From Rickettsiales bacterium (GTDB taxonomy: Bacteria; Pseudomonadota; Alphaproteobacteria; Rickettsiales; SXRF01), in assembly GCA_947459535.1 (NCBI GenBank), contig CANHDY010000001.1:4653-68652 (forward strand): a stretch of 64,000 bases of DNA, written 5' to 3'. Positions within the stretch are counted from its first letter, which is position 1. Each line of letters begins with the position of its first letter. A program made the position numbers and the translations under genes. This document shows, in pieces, positions 1 to 9,903 of the stretch. The notes below the pieces were generated by a model. The model saw only the letters and a list, made by a program, of their open reading frames with translations, made no database searches and was not told the DNA's origin.

Positions 1-1
1 C

Positions 2-604
2 GATGAACAGGCAGTCATACACCTGAAAGACCGCGTGTGCAGCACCTATGGCGGCATTGATATTCTGCACAACAACGCCGCCACCAAACCTGCCGATCTT
101 GCGCGTTTCTTTGATAGCGTGGAAACGTTTCAAGATGATATCTGGCAGGAAGTCATGCGCGTGAATGTTGATGGCATGTTTCTCGTTGCCAAGCATATCG
201 GCGGTGAAATGGCCAGACGTGGTCGTGGCAGCATCATTCAAACGGCTTCCATCTATGGCATTCTAGCGCCCGACCAGCGCATTTATGAAGGGTCAGACTA
301 TCTTGGCCACCACATCAACACCCCCGCCGTCTATAGCGCTTCCAAAGCAGCCGTTGTCGGGCTGACACGCCACCTCGCCACCTATTGGGCAGGGCGCGGC
401 GTGCGCGTGAATACGCTCACACCGGGCGGGGTGGAAAGCGGCCAGAACCAGACCTTCAAGGATCGCTACAGCGCCCGCGTACCCCTTGGCCGAATGGCGC
501 AGCCGCAGGAAATGACTGGTGCGCTGGTGTTTCTGGCTTCCGACGCCTCCAGCTACATCACCGGCCAGAATATCATTGTTGATGGTGGCCTGAGTGCGTG
601 GTAA
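2..604 (+). CDS. SDR-family oxidoreductase, 5' end outside window
   Basis: Frame is open from nt 2. Motifs 'ILHNNAA', 'YSASKAAV' (Y-x3-K) and 'ITGQNIIVDGG' are typical of SDRs. Confidence 0.85.
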   Translation, partial: DEQAVIHLKDRVCSTYGGIDILHNNAATKPADLARFFDSVETFQDDIWQEVMRVNVDGMFLVAKHIGGEMARRGRGSIIQTASIYGILAPDQRIYEGSDYLGHHINTPAVYSASKAAVVGLTRHLATYWAGRGVRVNTLTPGGVESGQNQTFKDRYSARVPLGRMAQPQEMTGALVFLASDASSYITGQNIIVDGGLSAW

Positions 605-668
605 AGGGTTGGCCGATTTGAATTCAATCGGGTTTGCCTGAGAGCAGACCAATCATCTAGGAGGCACC

Positions 669-1514
669 GTGTTTAACCCGCAAGAACAAGATTTTGCAAC
701 CATCCGCGCCTGGGGTCTGGATACCAATCCGCTGCGCGCGCTCGAAGATTTCAAACCCGAGCAGCTCGATCTGCGCTGGAACAACCCCTATCAGCACGAG
801 GCGCATGCCATCTACACGCAGAAGCGCAAAGATTACATGCAGCAGAAAAACTATGATCATTACTACAAAACCGCACATAAGCCGATTGATCGCAAGCGCT
901 GGGAATACCTCAAGGATCGCAAAGCGTGGTACATCGCACCATTGGAGTGGGAACGCTTCGCCGCGCCGGATGTCAGGCGCGTGCTGGATCTTGGGTGCGG
1001 CGATGGTGATGTCACGCAGCGCGTGGCAGACTTTATTGCACAGTGCTGGAAAAAGCAGGGTTATGGCGGACACGCGCTGGAAATTGTCGGCTACGACCTG
1101 AATGCTTCGCGCATCATCAATGCCAGAGAACATTGCACGTCACCGCACCCCATGATCACCCTGCGCTTTGATGAGTGCGATGTCGTGGGCAAGGGCATTG
1201 TTGATGCAGATAAGCACTTTGACTACGCGCTGACCACCGGTGTCTTCGAGATCCTTGAAGATGAACCGGCCGAGCGCTTCATGGCGGAGATCTGCCGTGT
1301 CAGTGCCAAAGGAATTTATGTGGAAGATCTTGCTGATGCTTACCCGGGCGGCTATCCGCGTGATGATTTTGCCAGCATGTTTGCGCGCCAGGGTTTCAAG
1401 CTGGTTCGCGACCACACCATCCTCACCGAGCCGTTCCAGGCTCAGGGCAGTGCGGATCCCATGAAACTCTGGCCGATGCTCAAAGATCGCTTGATGTTTG
1501 CTGTCAGGGCCTGA
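669..1514 (+). CDS. class I SAM-dependent methyltransferase
   Basis: Motif I 'VLDLGCGDGD'. AGGAGG at 659-664 lies 4 nt upstream of the GTG start. Confidence 0.7.
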   Translation: MFNPQEQDFATIRAWGLDTNPLRALEDFKPEQLDLRWNNPYQHEAHAIYTQKRKDYMQQKNYDHYYKTAHKPIDRKRWEYLKDRKAWYIAPLEWERFAAPDVRRVLDLGCGDGDVTQRVADFIAQCWKKQGYGGHALEIVGYDLNASRIINAREHCTSPHPMITLRFDECDVVGKGIVDADKHFDYALTTGVFEILEDEPAERFMAEICRVSAKGIYVEDLADAYPGGYPRDDFASMFARQGFKLVRDHTILTEPFQAQGSADPMKLWPMLKDRLMFAVRA

Positions 1515-1517
1515 GGC

Positions 1518-2798
1518 GTGCCCACACTACTGTTTGTCACTTATGGGGGCGGGCATGCGCGCATGCTCATTCCCGTCATTCAGGCATTACAGCAACATTC
1601 CGCACTGAACATTCAGGTGCTGGCACTCACCACTGCCGCCGCCATGTTCAAGGATCATAACATTGCCTGCCATGGTTTTCTCGATTTTGTGACCGCTGAC
1701 GATACGCAGGCACTGGCCATCGGTGAGCATCTGGCGGCCACCCACCACCGTGATGAAAGCGGTATCGCGAAAGACGAATCAATCGCATATCTCGGGCTAT
1801 CCTACCACGACATGGTGCAGCGTCTGGGGGAGCAGCGCGCGCGCGAGCAATTTGAACGCGAGGGCAGGCAAGCCTTTATTCCTATCAGCGTCATGGAGCG
1901 TGTGCTGGATCGCATCCGGCCGGATCTGGTGGTTGTCACGAACTCTCCACGCAGCGAGCGCGCCGTGGTGGAAGTCGCGCGCCGGCGCAGCATTCCGAGC
2001 ATTGCACTGGTAGATCTTTTTGGCATGCTTCATTTTCATGTGCTGGAGGCAGACTATCTTTTTGTCATGAGCGAGAAGGTCATCGACAATCTCGAGCGCG
2101 AGGGCGTGCGCGTGCCGCGGCAGAACTATCGCCTGATTGGCAACCCGGCGTTTGACGCTGCGTACGATTATCGCGGTAATCGTAACACCGAGTGGCTGCG
2201 CATGCATCTGCCGCAGCTTCCTAACGGTATGAAAACGCTGCTATGGGTGGATATGCCCGCTTACTGGCACGTGCCAAGCCTGACCCTGCATCAACGCAGT
2301 GAAGAAGAAGTCATCCGCGATCTCGAGGACTGGGCTGCGGCCTGCATATCCTGCGATGCAGCGCTGCTTATCAGACCACACCCGTCACAGCCACGCGCGC
2401 CCTATGATCGCTGGCTGAAAAACCGCTCCATGCCACATGCTTACTATGCAGGAAATCTTCCGCTTTATCCGCTGCTGAGCGCTGTGGATGCGGTTTCCAC
2501 CTATACTTCCACGGTTGGTCTGGAAGCTGTGCTGATGGAAAAACCACTCATTCAGCTGCAATATTACGAAGGGCCGTGCGATATGCCGCTTGCAGCATGG
2601 GGCTTGGCATGGCAGGTCAGCAGCCCCAGCGGCATGGCCGCAGCGCTCAAAGGCGCGCTCTATGACACAACAGCCACACGCTCGCATCAGGCCACAGCCA
2701 GAAAGCTACTGCCTCAGGAAAAAGCCGCCCCCGCCGCTGCGCGCGCGATCATCGAGATTCTCTCACGGCACACCGGCAATAAAATTCTTGAGAATTGA
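1518..2798 (+). CDS. putative GT-B / TagF-like transferase of the sugar cluster
   Basis: N-terminus 'LLFVTYGGGHARM' and C-terminal 'RPHP...AVSTYTSTVGLEAVLMEKPLI' resemble GT-B or glycerophosphotransferase folds. Context only; no firm family call. Confidence 0.35.
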   Translation: MPTLLFVTYGGGHARMLIPVIQALQQHSALNIQVLALTTAAAMFKDHNIACHGFLDFVTADDTQALAIGEHLAATHHRDESGIAKDESIAYLGLSYHDMVQRLGEQRAREQFEREGRQAFIPISVMERVLDRIRPDLVVVTNSPRSERAVVEVARRRSIPSIALVDLFGMLHFHVLEADYLFVMSEKVIDNLEREGVRVPRQNYRLIGNPAFDAAYDYRGNRNTEWLRMHLPQLPNGMKTLLWVDMPAYWHVPSLTLHQRSEEEVIRDLEDWAAACISCDAALLIRPHPSQPRAPYDRWLKNRSMPHAYYAGNLPLYPLLSAVDAVSTYTSTVGLEAVLMEKPLIQLQYYEGPCDMPLAAWGLAWQVSSPSGMAAALKGALYDTTATRSHQATARKLLPQEKAAPAAARAIIEILSRHTGNKILEN

Positions 2799-3413
2799 AA
2801 GCCCGCTAGCGCCGCTTTTTTCGGGGTGAAACTGCACCCCATACACCTGCCCTCGCCGCACCGCTGCACAGATGGAAAGCCCATGATATTGAACCTCAGC
2901 CAGGCAATCATCGCCATGGCTGGGCTGCGCCATGTAGGAATGCACAAAATAAACATCGCGCGGCATGTCGCCAGCCAGAGGTGCCAGCGGGGTTTCTGCC
3001 CAATCCTGGCCGCGAGCGGGACAAAGCGGGCTCCAGCCAATATGCGGAATTTTAAGTGACTGGCCGCGGCCATCCTGCGGTGGAATACGCACGACACGGC
3101 CGGCCATGATGCCAAGTCCCTCATGCTCTCCATATTCCTCCCCCACCTCAAACAACACCTGCATGCCAACACAGATGCCAAGGTAAGGCCGGCCGGCCAT
3201 GAGATAAGCGCGCAGTGGTTCCACCAGACTCAGCTGCCTAAGCGCCTGCATGCAATCCGCAAAAGCGCCTACCCCCGGCAGCACCAGCCTATCTGCCGCC
3301 GCGATATCTTCTGCTCGCTGGGTCACGCGCACCTCTGCCCCCACATGCGATAATGCGCGCACGACACTCAGCAGGTTACCTGCGCCATAATCCACCACCG
3401 TGACCTGCGTCAT
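2763..3413 (-). CDS. glutamine amidotransferase, HisH paralog (sugar-cluster type)
   Basis: 'VVDYGAGNL', the nucleophile motif 'GICVGMQ', and 'FHPEKS'. Overlaps the upstream HisF paralog. Confidence 0.85.
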   Translation of the reverse strand: MTQVTVVDYGAGNLLSVVRALSHVGAEVRVTQRAEDIAAADRLVLPGVGAFADCMQALRQLSLVEPLRAYLMAGRPYLGICVGMQVLFEVGEEYGEHEGLGIMAGRVVRIPPQDGRGQSLKIPHIGWSPLCPARGQDWAETPLAPLAGDMPRDVYFVHSYMAQPSHGDDCLAEVQYHGLSICAAVRRGQVYGVQFHPEKSGASGLSILKNFIAGVP

Positions 3414-4168
3414 ACCTTCCTCACCGCCATTCCCCCGCTGCTCAGCGCCTGCTTGATATCGGCAACAGAGCAGCGCTGGTAATGCAGCAGATCAGCCGCC
3501 GCCACCGCATCCACCCCGGCCTGCGCTGCGGCCAGCGCATGCGCCGGTTGCCCCATGCCGCCACTGGCAATCACTGGCACATTCACCGCAGCTGCCACGG
3601 CCGCAAGTAATGCAACATCAAAGCCGCGACGCGTCCCTTCACGATCCACCGAGGTAATGAGCAGCTCACCCGCTCCCAGCGCCACGGCCTGCTGTGCCCA
3701 TGCCACGACATCGCGTCCGCTGCGCTCGCGGCCATTATCCGTGTAGGCCTCCCAGTGTCCGGGGGATTGTTCTTTGGCCTCAATCGAAACCACCACACAT
3801 TGCGCACCAAGATGCTGCGCCAGTTCTGATACCAGCTCTGGCCGGGCTATTGCCGCGGTGTTGATAGCGATTTTATCTGCCCCAGCGCGCAGAACCTGCC
3901 GCGCATCGTCAAGGCTGCGAATGCCACCGCCCACAGTAATCGGCACAAAGACATGCTGCACAGCGCGTTCGATGATATGAGACAGTTGATTACGGCCATA
4001 AAGACTTGCCACCGCATCCATGAACAGCAGCTCATCGGCACCCTGCTCATAATAGCGCACAGCATAGCCATGCGGATCCCCCACCACCCGCAGTCCCTCG
4101 AGATGCACGCCTTTAATCAGGTTGGGTCCTTTAATATCGAGGCGGGGAATCAGCCTGATATGTCGCAT
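3410..4168 (-). CDS. imidazole-glycerol-phosphate-synthase cyclase-like subunit, HisF paralog
   Basis: 'RLIPRLDIKG', 'GADKIAINT', 'GAGELLITSVDREGT'. Start set at the internal ATG at 4168, which overlaps the upstream stop codon (TGATG). Confidence 0.85.
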   Translation of the reverse strand: MRHIRLIPRLDIKGPNLIKGVHLEGLRVVGDPHGYAVRYYEQGADELLFMDAVASLYGRNQLSHIIERAVQHVFVPITVGGGIRSLDDARQVLRAGADKIAINTAAIARPELVSELAQHLGAQCVVVSIEAKEQSPGHWEAYTDNGRERSGRDVVAWAQQAVALGAGELLITSVDREGTRRGFDVALLAAVAAAVNVPVIASGGMGQPAHALAAAQAGVDAVAAADLLHYQRCSVADIKQALSSGGMAVRKV

Positions 4169-5499
4169 CAGGCAGCCGCTCTGTCTTCGTGCCACACTGC
4201 ATGGCGCAGGCGCCAGCCGCCCTGATCATACTCCCACAGGTGCGGCGAACGGAACTGATCGCACAGCGCCATGAAATAATCCTTATCCATGATCGGCTGA
4301 TCAAAACAGCGCGATGCCACCGGAAACTCATTCTCCGGAAGGCTGAGATAGCGCCATAATTCATCCGCAAACCGATCCGGAAATTCGTGGTCAAAGCGCT
4401 TCACCAGCGCAACGCCCTCCTCGCGGGTAATGTCGCCGGAGCGGATTTCCTGCGCGGCATCATACGTCGCGCGGCCAATACCGAACTTAATGCCCGTTGT
4501 GTAGTAATGCAGATCATCGATGCGGTCATCAATGCTGTTATATTTGCTGTAAGTGCCCGGCGTGCGTTCGGGCGATGCCTGAAAACCGCCATGCTCAACC
4601 GCGTAATAATAGCAGCTCTGCGGGTGCCATTTCAGATAATAGCCAAGATAGTGCACCTCGATTTTTTTCTGTTTAATCTGCTCAGGATCCGCGGGAAGAT
4701 ACGGCTGCAGATCATTATCATCGAGCCCGAAATCTGATTTCAGCGAAGCGACAGAAACGCCGCCTAGGTGAATCTTGCTTTGGTCGCTGGCGGCAAAATA
4801 GTTCCAATCACGACGTGATTGTCCGGCATCGGCGATAGGGTTGCCATATTCTGCTTCATTCTCACCATAGATCACCAGTGGAATATCATGCAGCGCAGCC
4901 ATCTTCGGCGCCAGATTCTTCTGCCCAAGAATAAACGGTTGGAACGGGTGCAGCAACACATCCACCGCCAGCCGTGTCAGCAGCCTGTGCACACGGCCGT
5001 TAGGGGTCATCAGATAATTGTCGAACCCGGCATGGATCCAGCTTTGAAAATTCTGCCAGCCCCAGCTGGTGTAGATATGCGGCGCCCAGGTGCAGGTGAG
5101 CGGATGCATGCCATAGCGATGTTTGAGAATATGCGCAGCGTAAAAGCTGTCCTTGCCGCCAGAACCCGGCACCAGACAATCATACCCGCCATCATGACGA
5201 CGAAATCGGTCGCACAGCTCGCGCAGCTCGCGGTCGCGCGCTTCCCAGTCAATCGTCTGGCGTTTGCGTTCACTCAAACGGCAGGCATCACAAACGCCCT
5301 GCTCATCAAAATGAATGGTCGCCTTTTTGCTTTCTATGGTGTGAGAAAATTCAACCGCTGAGTTCGGCCGCTGGTTGGAAATCACGCAGCGCTGGCAGAA
5401 CGCCACATGCCCGGGCAGGCCATATTTGGCCTCGCGGGAGGTGGCAGCTGAAGCAAATCGGCTATAGTCAACAGGTTTGGGTCGGGGGATACGCATCAT
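4168..5499 (-). CDS. N-acetyl sugar amidotransferase (PP-loop; PseA/WbpG-like)
   Basis: PP-loop 'SGGKDS' and N-terminal CxxC pairs. Translationally coupled to the HisF/HisH paralogs. Confidence 0.75.
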   Translation of the reverse strand: MMRIPRPKPVDYSRFASAATSREAKYGLPGHVAFCQRCVISNQRPNSAVEFSHTIESKKATIHFDEQGVCDACRLSERKRQTIDWEARDRELRELCDRFRRHDGGYDCLVPGSGGKDSFYAAHILKHRYGMHPLTCTWAPHIYTSWGWQNFQSWIHAGFDNYLMTPNGRVHRLLTRLAVDVLLHPFQPFILGQKNLAPKMAALHDIPLVIYGENEAEYGNPIADAGQSRRDWNYFAASDQSKIHLGGVSVASLKSDFGLDDNDLQPYLPADPEQIKQKKIEVHYLGYYLKWHPQSCYYYAVEHGGFQASPERTPGTYSKYNSIDDRIDDLHYYTTGIKFGIGRATYDAAQEIRSGDITREEGVALVKRFDHEFPDRFADELWRYLSLPENEFPVASRCFDQPIMDKDYFMALCDQFRSPHLWEYDQGGWRLRHAVWHEDRAAA

Positions 5500-5569
5500 G
5501 GTTTTTTCCTTGCACTTGCCGACTATTAGTCATAATGGGATGGAGCGTCAATTAGTTAGATAGCCCTGC

Positions 5570-6145
5570 ATGCAAATATATCCGATGTTCAAACGGCTGC
5601 TTGATGTCGCGCTGAGCATGGTGGCAATGCTGGCTCTGCTGCCACTATGGCTGCTGGTGGCGCTTCTGGTTCGCCTGAGTTCTCCCGGCCCCGTGCTTTA
5701 CAAACAGCGTCGCACCGGCAGGCACGGCAAGGAGTTCATGCTGTATAAGTTTCGCTCCATGGTTGTAAATGCAGATCAGCTGGGGCCGCTATCCACCCAA
5801 TTGCATGACCCGCGCATCACCCCATTGGGCAGAATCCTGCGCCGCACCGGGCTGGATGAACTACCCCAGCTGCTGAACGTCATCGCCGGGGATATGAGCC
5901 TGATTGGCCCGCGTCCAAACACCCCTTCGCAAGAGCCCACCTATCCGAGCGAAGTATGGGAAAAGCGCCACCATGTGCGCCCGGGCATCACTGGTCTTGC
6001 TCAGGTGAGTGGCCGCAGCAACTTAACCAGCGAGCAGCAATCGACCTATGATCTAGATTATGTAAATCGCCTCGGATTCTGGCTGGATTTTCACATATTG
6101 TGGAAAACTCTATTGGTCGTCCTCAGCGGTCGCGGAGCAAATTGA
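5570..6145 (+). CDS. small monotopic phosphoglycosyl (sugar) transferase, PglC/WbaP-C-like
   Basis: One N-terminal hydrophobic helix, then 'YKFRSM', 'DELPQLLNV' and 'MSLIGPRP' motifs. Confidence 0.85.
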   Translation: MQIYPMFKRLLDVALSMVAMLALLPLWLLVALLVRLSSPGPVLYKQRRTGRHGKEFMLYKFRSMVVNADQLGPLSTQLHDPRITPLGRILRRTGLDELPQLLNVIAGDMSLIGPRPNTPSQEPTYPSEVWEKRHHVRPGITGLAQVSGRSNLTSEQQSTYDLDYVNRLGFWLDFHILWKTLLVVLSGRGAN

Positions 6146-6984
6146 TGATGCACACCATCCTGATCACGAATGATACCGCGCTGGCTCATGATGCTGAGAC
6201 CGCTGGTGTCAGCCGTATCATGGTGGATCTGGAATCGATTGGCAAAAAAGAGCGTCAGGCCAGCCGCACTACCTTTATCAGCAGCCACACGCTGCAAGAC
6301 ATTGCCGCAATACGCAGCGCCATCCGCAAGGCAGAGCTGATCGTGCGTATCAACCCTCTGCATGCCGGCTCGCCAGAAGAAATCGAAGCTGCAATCGCAT
6401 CGAAAGCAGACTGGGTCATGCTGCCGATGATCACCGCCACCGCTCAGGTAAAAGAAGCGCTGGCGCTTGTAGCTGGCCGCGCGAAGCTGCTACCGCTGAT
6501 CGAAACCGCCTACTCCATGCAGCATCTGGGGGAGATTCTCTCTGACAATGCTATCGGTGAATATTACATCGGGCTTAATGATCTTCATCTTTCACTCGGC
6601 ATGGATTTTCTGTTCGAGCCGCTGGCGCGCGGCATGGTGGATACCATGGCAGCCGAGCTGAAAGCCCATCACAAACCCTTCGGATTTGGCGGTCTGGGCG
6701 CGCTTTCCGGCACCTCAGAACTACCGGCTCTGCAGGTGCTGGCTGAACATGCGCGTCTGGGGTCTAACTGCGTGATTCTTTCGTCACGTTTTCACAAAGA
6801 TCTCGCCCTGTCGGAGGCTGCGGGAAGAAAAGAACGTCTGGCAAGCGCCGTGCGTGAGATACAGCAGCACTACGAAGCGCTCTGCCGCCGCACGCCAACG
6901 CAGCAGATGCAGGATTTCAGCACCACGCGTCATCGCATCCTTGAACTTGCAGACATGGCGCGCCAGAAAAGGATCAGCGCATGA
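6145..6984 (+). CDS. HpcH/HpaI aldolase / citrate-lyase-beta-like protein
   Basis: 'IMVDLES' and an overall TIM-barrel-like pattern. Start set at the ATG at 6145, which overlaps the upstream stop (TGATG). Confidence 0.45.
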   Translation: MMHTILITNDTALAHDAETAGVSRIMVDLESIGKKERQASRTTFISSHTLQDIAAIRSAIRKAELIVRINPLHAGSPEEIEAAIASKADWVMLPMITATAQVKEALALVAGRAKLLPLIETAYSMQHLGEILSDNAIGEYYIGLNDLHLSLGMDFLFEPLARGMVDTMAAELKAHHKPFGFGGLGALSGTSELPALQVLAEHARLGSNCVILSSRFHKDLALSEAAGRKERLASAVREIQQHYEALCRRTPTQQMQDFSTTRHRILELADMARQKRISA

Positions 6985-8066
6985 CACGCCGCACCTACAT
7001 CATAGCGGAAGCTGGTGTAAACCATAATGGCTCGCTGGATCATGCGATGACGCTGATTGATCTGGCGGTTGACTGCGGTGCGGATGCGGTGAAGTTTCAG
7101 CTGTTTGTGCCCGAGCTGCTGGTCACAGCCAGCGCGAAAACCGCAGAGTATCAAGCCAACAATCTTGCTGACCACCGCGTATCTCAGCGCGAGATGCTGC
7201 GCAGCCTCACACTACCAGAAGGCGCCATGGCCAGTTTAAGCCGCGCCTGTCAGCAGCGTGGCATTGATTTTCTCTGCACCCCGTTTGATCTTCAGAGCCT
7301 GCGGGAATTGCTGGCCACCACCACCATGCGCTATCTGAAACTTGCCTCCGGCGAAGTCACTCATGCACCGTTGCTGCTAGCGGCGGCACAAAGCGGCCTT
7401 CCCGTGATTCTTTCCACCGGCATGTCCAGCCTTGATGAAATCAATACGGCACTTTCCATTCTTCATCATGGCATTAAGCGCGCCTCCGGCTATCCGGATC
7501 CGTCGGCGGTGCTGCGCCCTGATACGCTCTCAGCGCTGGCTGAGCACGTGGTGCTGCTGCATTGTGTCAGCCAATACCCTGCGCCTTATCCAAGCCTGAA
7601 TCTACGTGCGATTGAAACCTTGTCAAAAGCATATGGCCTGCCTGTTGGCTATTCCGATCACAGCATGGGCATTATGGCGCCGGTCGCCGCCGTTGCCATG
7701 GGTGCCTGCATGATTGAAAAACACTTAACCTACGACACCAGCGCACACGGGCCCGATCACAAAGCCTCGCTGGATGCGGCAACCTTCCGTCAGATGGTTG
7801 AGGCCATCCGCAACACTGAAATGGCGCTGGGTGATGGCACCAAGCAATGCCAGCCACAGGAAGAAGATACCCGCCAGATTGCGCGGCGCAGTATCGTCGC
7901 CGCTGCCCCCATTCGCCGCGGCGAGCTTTTTTCAGCGGACAATCTGGTGTGCAAGCGACCGGCAGGGGGCATCAGCCCGAATGATTACTGGTCGCTGCTG
8001 GGCAAAGCTTCCCTGCATGATTACGAGGCCGACACGCCCCTTACCCCCGACGAATCCGCCAGATGA
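6981..8066 (+). CDS. neuB: N-acetylneuraminate / legionaminate synthase (NeuB family)
   Basis: 'IIAEAGVNHNGS', 'GYSDHS', and a C-terminal SAF-like segment. Confidence 0.9.
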   Translation: MTRRTYIIAEAGVNHNGSLDHAMTLIDLAVDCGADAVKFQLFVPELLVTASAKTAEYQANNLADHRVSQREMLRSLTLPEGAMASLSRACQQRGIDFLCTPFDLQSLRELLATTTMRYLKLASGEVTHAPLLLAAAQSGLPVILSTGMSSLDEINTALSILHHGIKRASGYPDPSAVLRPDTLSALAEHVVLLHCVSQYPAPYPSLNLRAIETLSKAYGLPVGYSDHSMGIMAPVAAVAMGACMIEKHLTYDTSAHGPDHKASLDAATFRQMVEAIRNTEMALGDGTKQCQPQEEDTRQIARRSIVAAAPIRRGELFSADNLVCKRPAGGISPNDYWSLLGKASLHDYEADTPLTPDESAR

Positions 8067-9151
8067 GAAACGCCATGCCTGATAGCCCGCCTTTTGCCAT
8101 GATTCCCCCTGAGCGCGCACAGATAAGGCATGACGCCACGCTGATGGAAGCCATTCGCTTCATCGATAGCTCCGAGGCGCGCATCGCGCTTGTGATTGCG
8201 GATGATGGGCGCATGATTGGCTCTGTCACGGATGGTGATATCCGCCGCGGCCTGATCGCTGGCTGCACGCTGGAGTCTCCAGTCAGCAAAGCCATGCATC
8301 CGAACCCGTCGGTCATGGCGGCGAGCAGCACGCGTCAGGATATCATCCACGGCATGCGGCAGGCACAGGTGAAGCAGATGCCGCTGCTCAATCCTGATGG
8401 CACAGTGCATGGCATCGTCACCTACGATGCCCTGACCGGTTTTCTCAAAGTTGATCGCAACAACGATGTCATCATCATGGCAGGCGGCCGCGGGCAGCGT
8501 CTTTTGCCCATCACTGCGGACATCCCCAAACCGATGATCGATGTGGGCGGCAAGCCCATCCTGGAGCACATCCTCAAACAATTTGTTGATCAGGGCTTTT
8601 ATCGCTTTACGCTGGCCGTCAATTATCTCAGCCACATGATCGAATCTCACTTCGGAAACGGTAAGCAGTTCGGCTGCCAGATACGCTACCTGCACGAGCG
8701 CGAATTTCTGGGCACCGCCGGGGCACTCTCGTTACTTGACCCCGCACCGGATTCCAGCATGCTGGTCATCAACGGCGACATTCTCAGCAATGTCAATTTT
8801 GGTGACCTGATGGATTATCATCTGCATAGCGGCGCGATTGCCACTGTTTGTGCCCGTCATCACCGCACCGAAGTTCCCTATGGCGTCATCCGCATGCATG
8901 AAGGCAGGCTGGAAACCATTGTCGAAAAGCCGGTGCATGAAGATTTAATCAGTGCTGGCATTTACGCGCTGCATCCAGAGGCACTGGCTTTCATTCCCAA
9001 GGGTCAGCCGGCAGACATGCCATCGGTGCTGATGTCGCTGGCAAACTCCAACCGCCATGTTGCCGTCTACCCGATGCGCGAGGACTGGCTGGATATTGGC
9101 CGCCATGACGACCTCGAACGCATTCGCCTGCAGATGCACAGCCAGTCATGA
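8063..9151 (+). CDS. CBS-domain nucleotidyltransferase (PtmE-like sugar-1-phosphate NTP transferase)
   Basis: N-terminal CBS pair ('GSVTDGDIRR', 'GIVTYDAL') followed by 'IIMAGGRGQRL'. Confidence 0.8.
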   Translation: MRNAMPDSPPFAMIPPERAQIRHDATLMEAIRFIDSSEARIALVIADDGRMIGSVTDGDIRRGLIAGCTLESPVSKAMHPNPSVMAASSTRQDIIHGMRQAQVKQMPLLNPDGTVHGIVTYDALTGFLKVDRNNDVIIMAGGRGQRLLPITADIPKPMIDVGGKPILEHILKQFVDQGFYRFTLAVNYLSHMIESHFGNGKQFGCQIRYLHEREFLGTAGALSLLDPAPDSSMLVINGDILSNVNFGDLMDYHLHSGAIATVCARHHRTEVPYGVIRMHEGRLETIVEKPVHEDLISAGIYALHPEALAFIPKGQPADMPSVLMSLANSNRHVAVYPMREDWLDIGRHDDLERIRLQMHSQS

Positions 9152-9822
9152 CCATTCTCCTGCTCACCAAAAAAGACCGCTGGTCAGCCCACGCCGCAAG
9201 CCTCACGCAGGCCATGCTGCCATCGCCGGTATTGTGGCATCAGGGACAACCCTCAGATCCCGCGCCAGAGAGCTTTAACCTGCCATCGCTGAAGCTGGTT
9301 ATTTCATTTCTTTCGCCGTGGATTGTGCCTGCCAGCGTGCTTGAAAAAGCTGAGCTTGCCATCAATTTTCACCCGGGATCGTGTGATTACCCCGGCACTG
9401 GCTGCTACAATTTTGCGCTCTATGAAGGTGCTGAAAAGTTTGGCGCGGTGTGCCATCACATGCTGCCGCGTGTGGATACTGGCGCTGTGATTGCCGAAAC
9501 ATTGTTTCCGGTTTTCCCGCACGACACGGTGGAAACGCTCAAACTCAGAACCATGGTCACCATGCTGGAAATGCTGCATGTGCAGCTTGCGCGCTATGCC
9601 AGCGGCGAGCCATTTGCCCATCACCACCGGCAATGGACAAGACCCGCTTTCACACGACGCCAGCTCAACGCGCTGTGCGAAATAACAGAAAACATGCCGC
9701 CGCAGGAAAAGCAGCGCCGCATTCGCGCTACGACCTATCCCGGCTATCCCGGCCCCTACCTGCTCAAAGAAAATGGCGAAAAGATACCCTATCATGTGCC
9801 GCCTGGGCCGCCCCTTGCCTGA
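9148..9822 (+). CDS. formyltransferase-family protein
   Basis: 'INFHPGSCDYPG' and 'HHMLPRVDTGAVI' resemble the formyl_trans_N core. Confidence 0.55.
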   Translation: MTILLLTKKDRWSAHAASLTQAMLPSPVLWHQGQPSDPAPESFNLPSLKLVISFLSPWIVPASVLEKAELAINFHPGSCDYPGTGCYNFALYEGAEKFGAVCHHMLPRVDTGAVIAETLFPVFPHDTVETLKLRTMVTMLEMLHVQLARYASGEPFAHHHRQWTRPAFTRRQLNALCEITENMPPQEKQRRIRATTYPGYPGPYLLKENGEKIPYHVPPGPPLA

Positions 9823-9903
9823 ATAGCCATCAGAGCTGCATAATGCTTGCAGACAGCCCCCCGCTCGGTCTAATCTGGCCACATTGAATCGCCCAGACAC
9901 TCC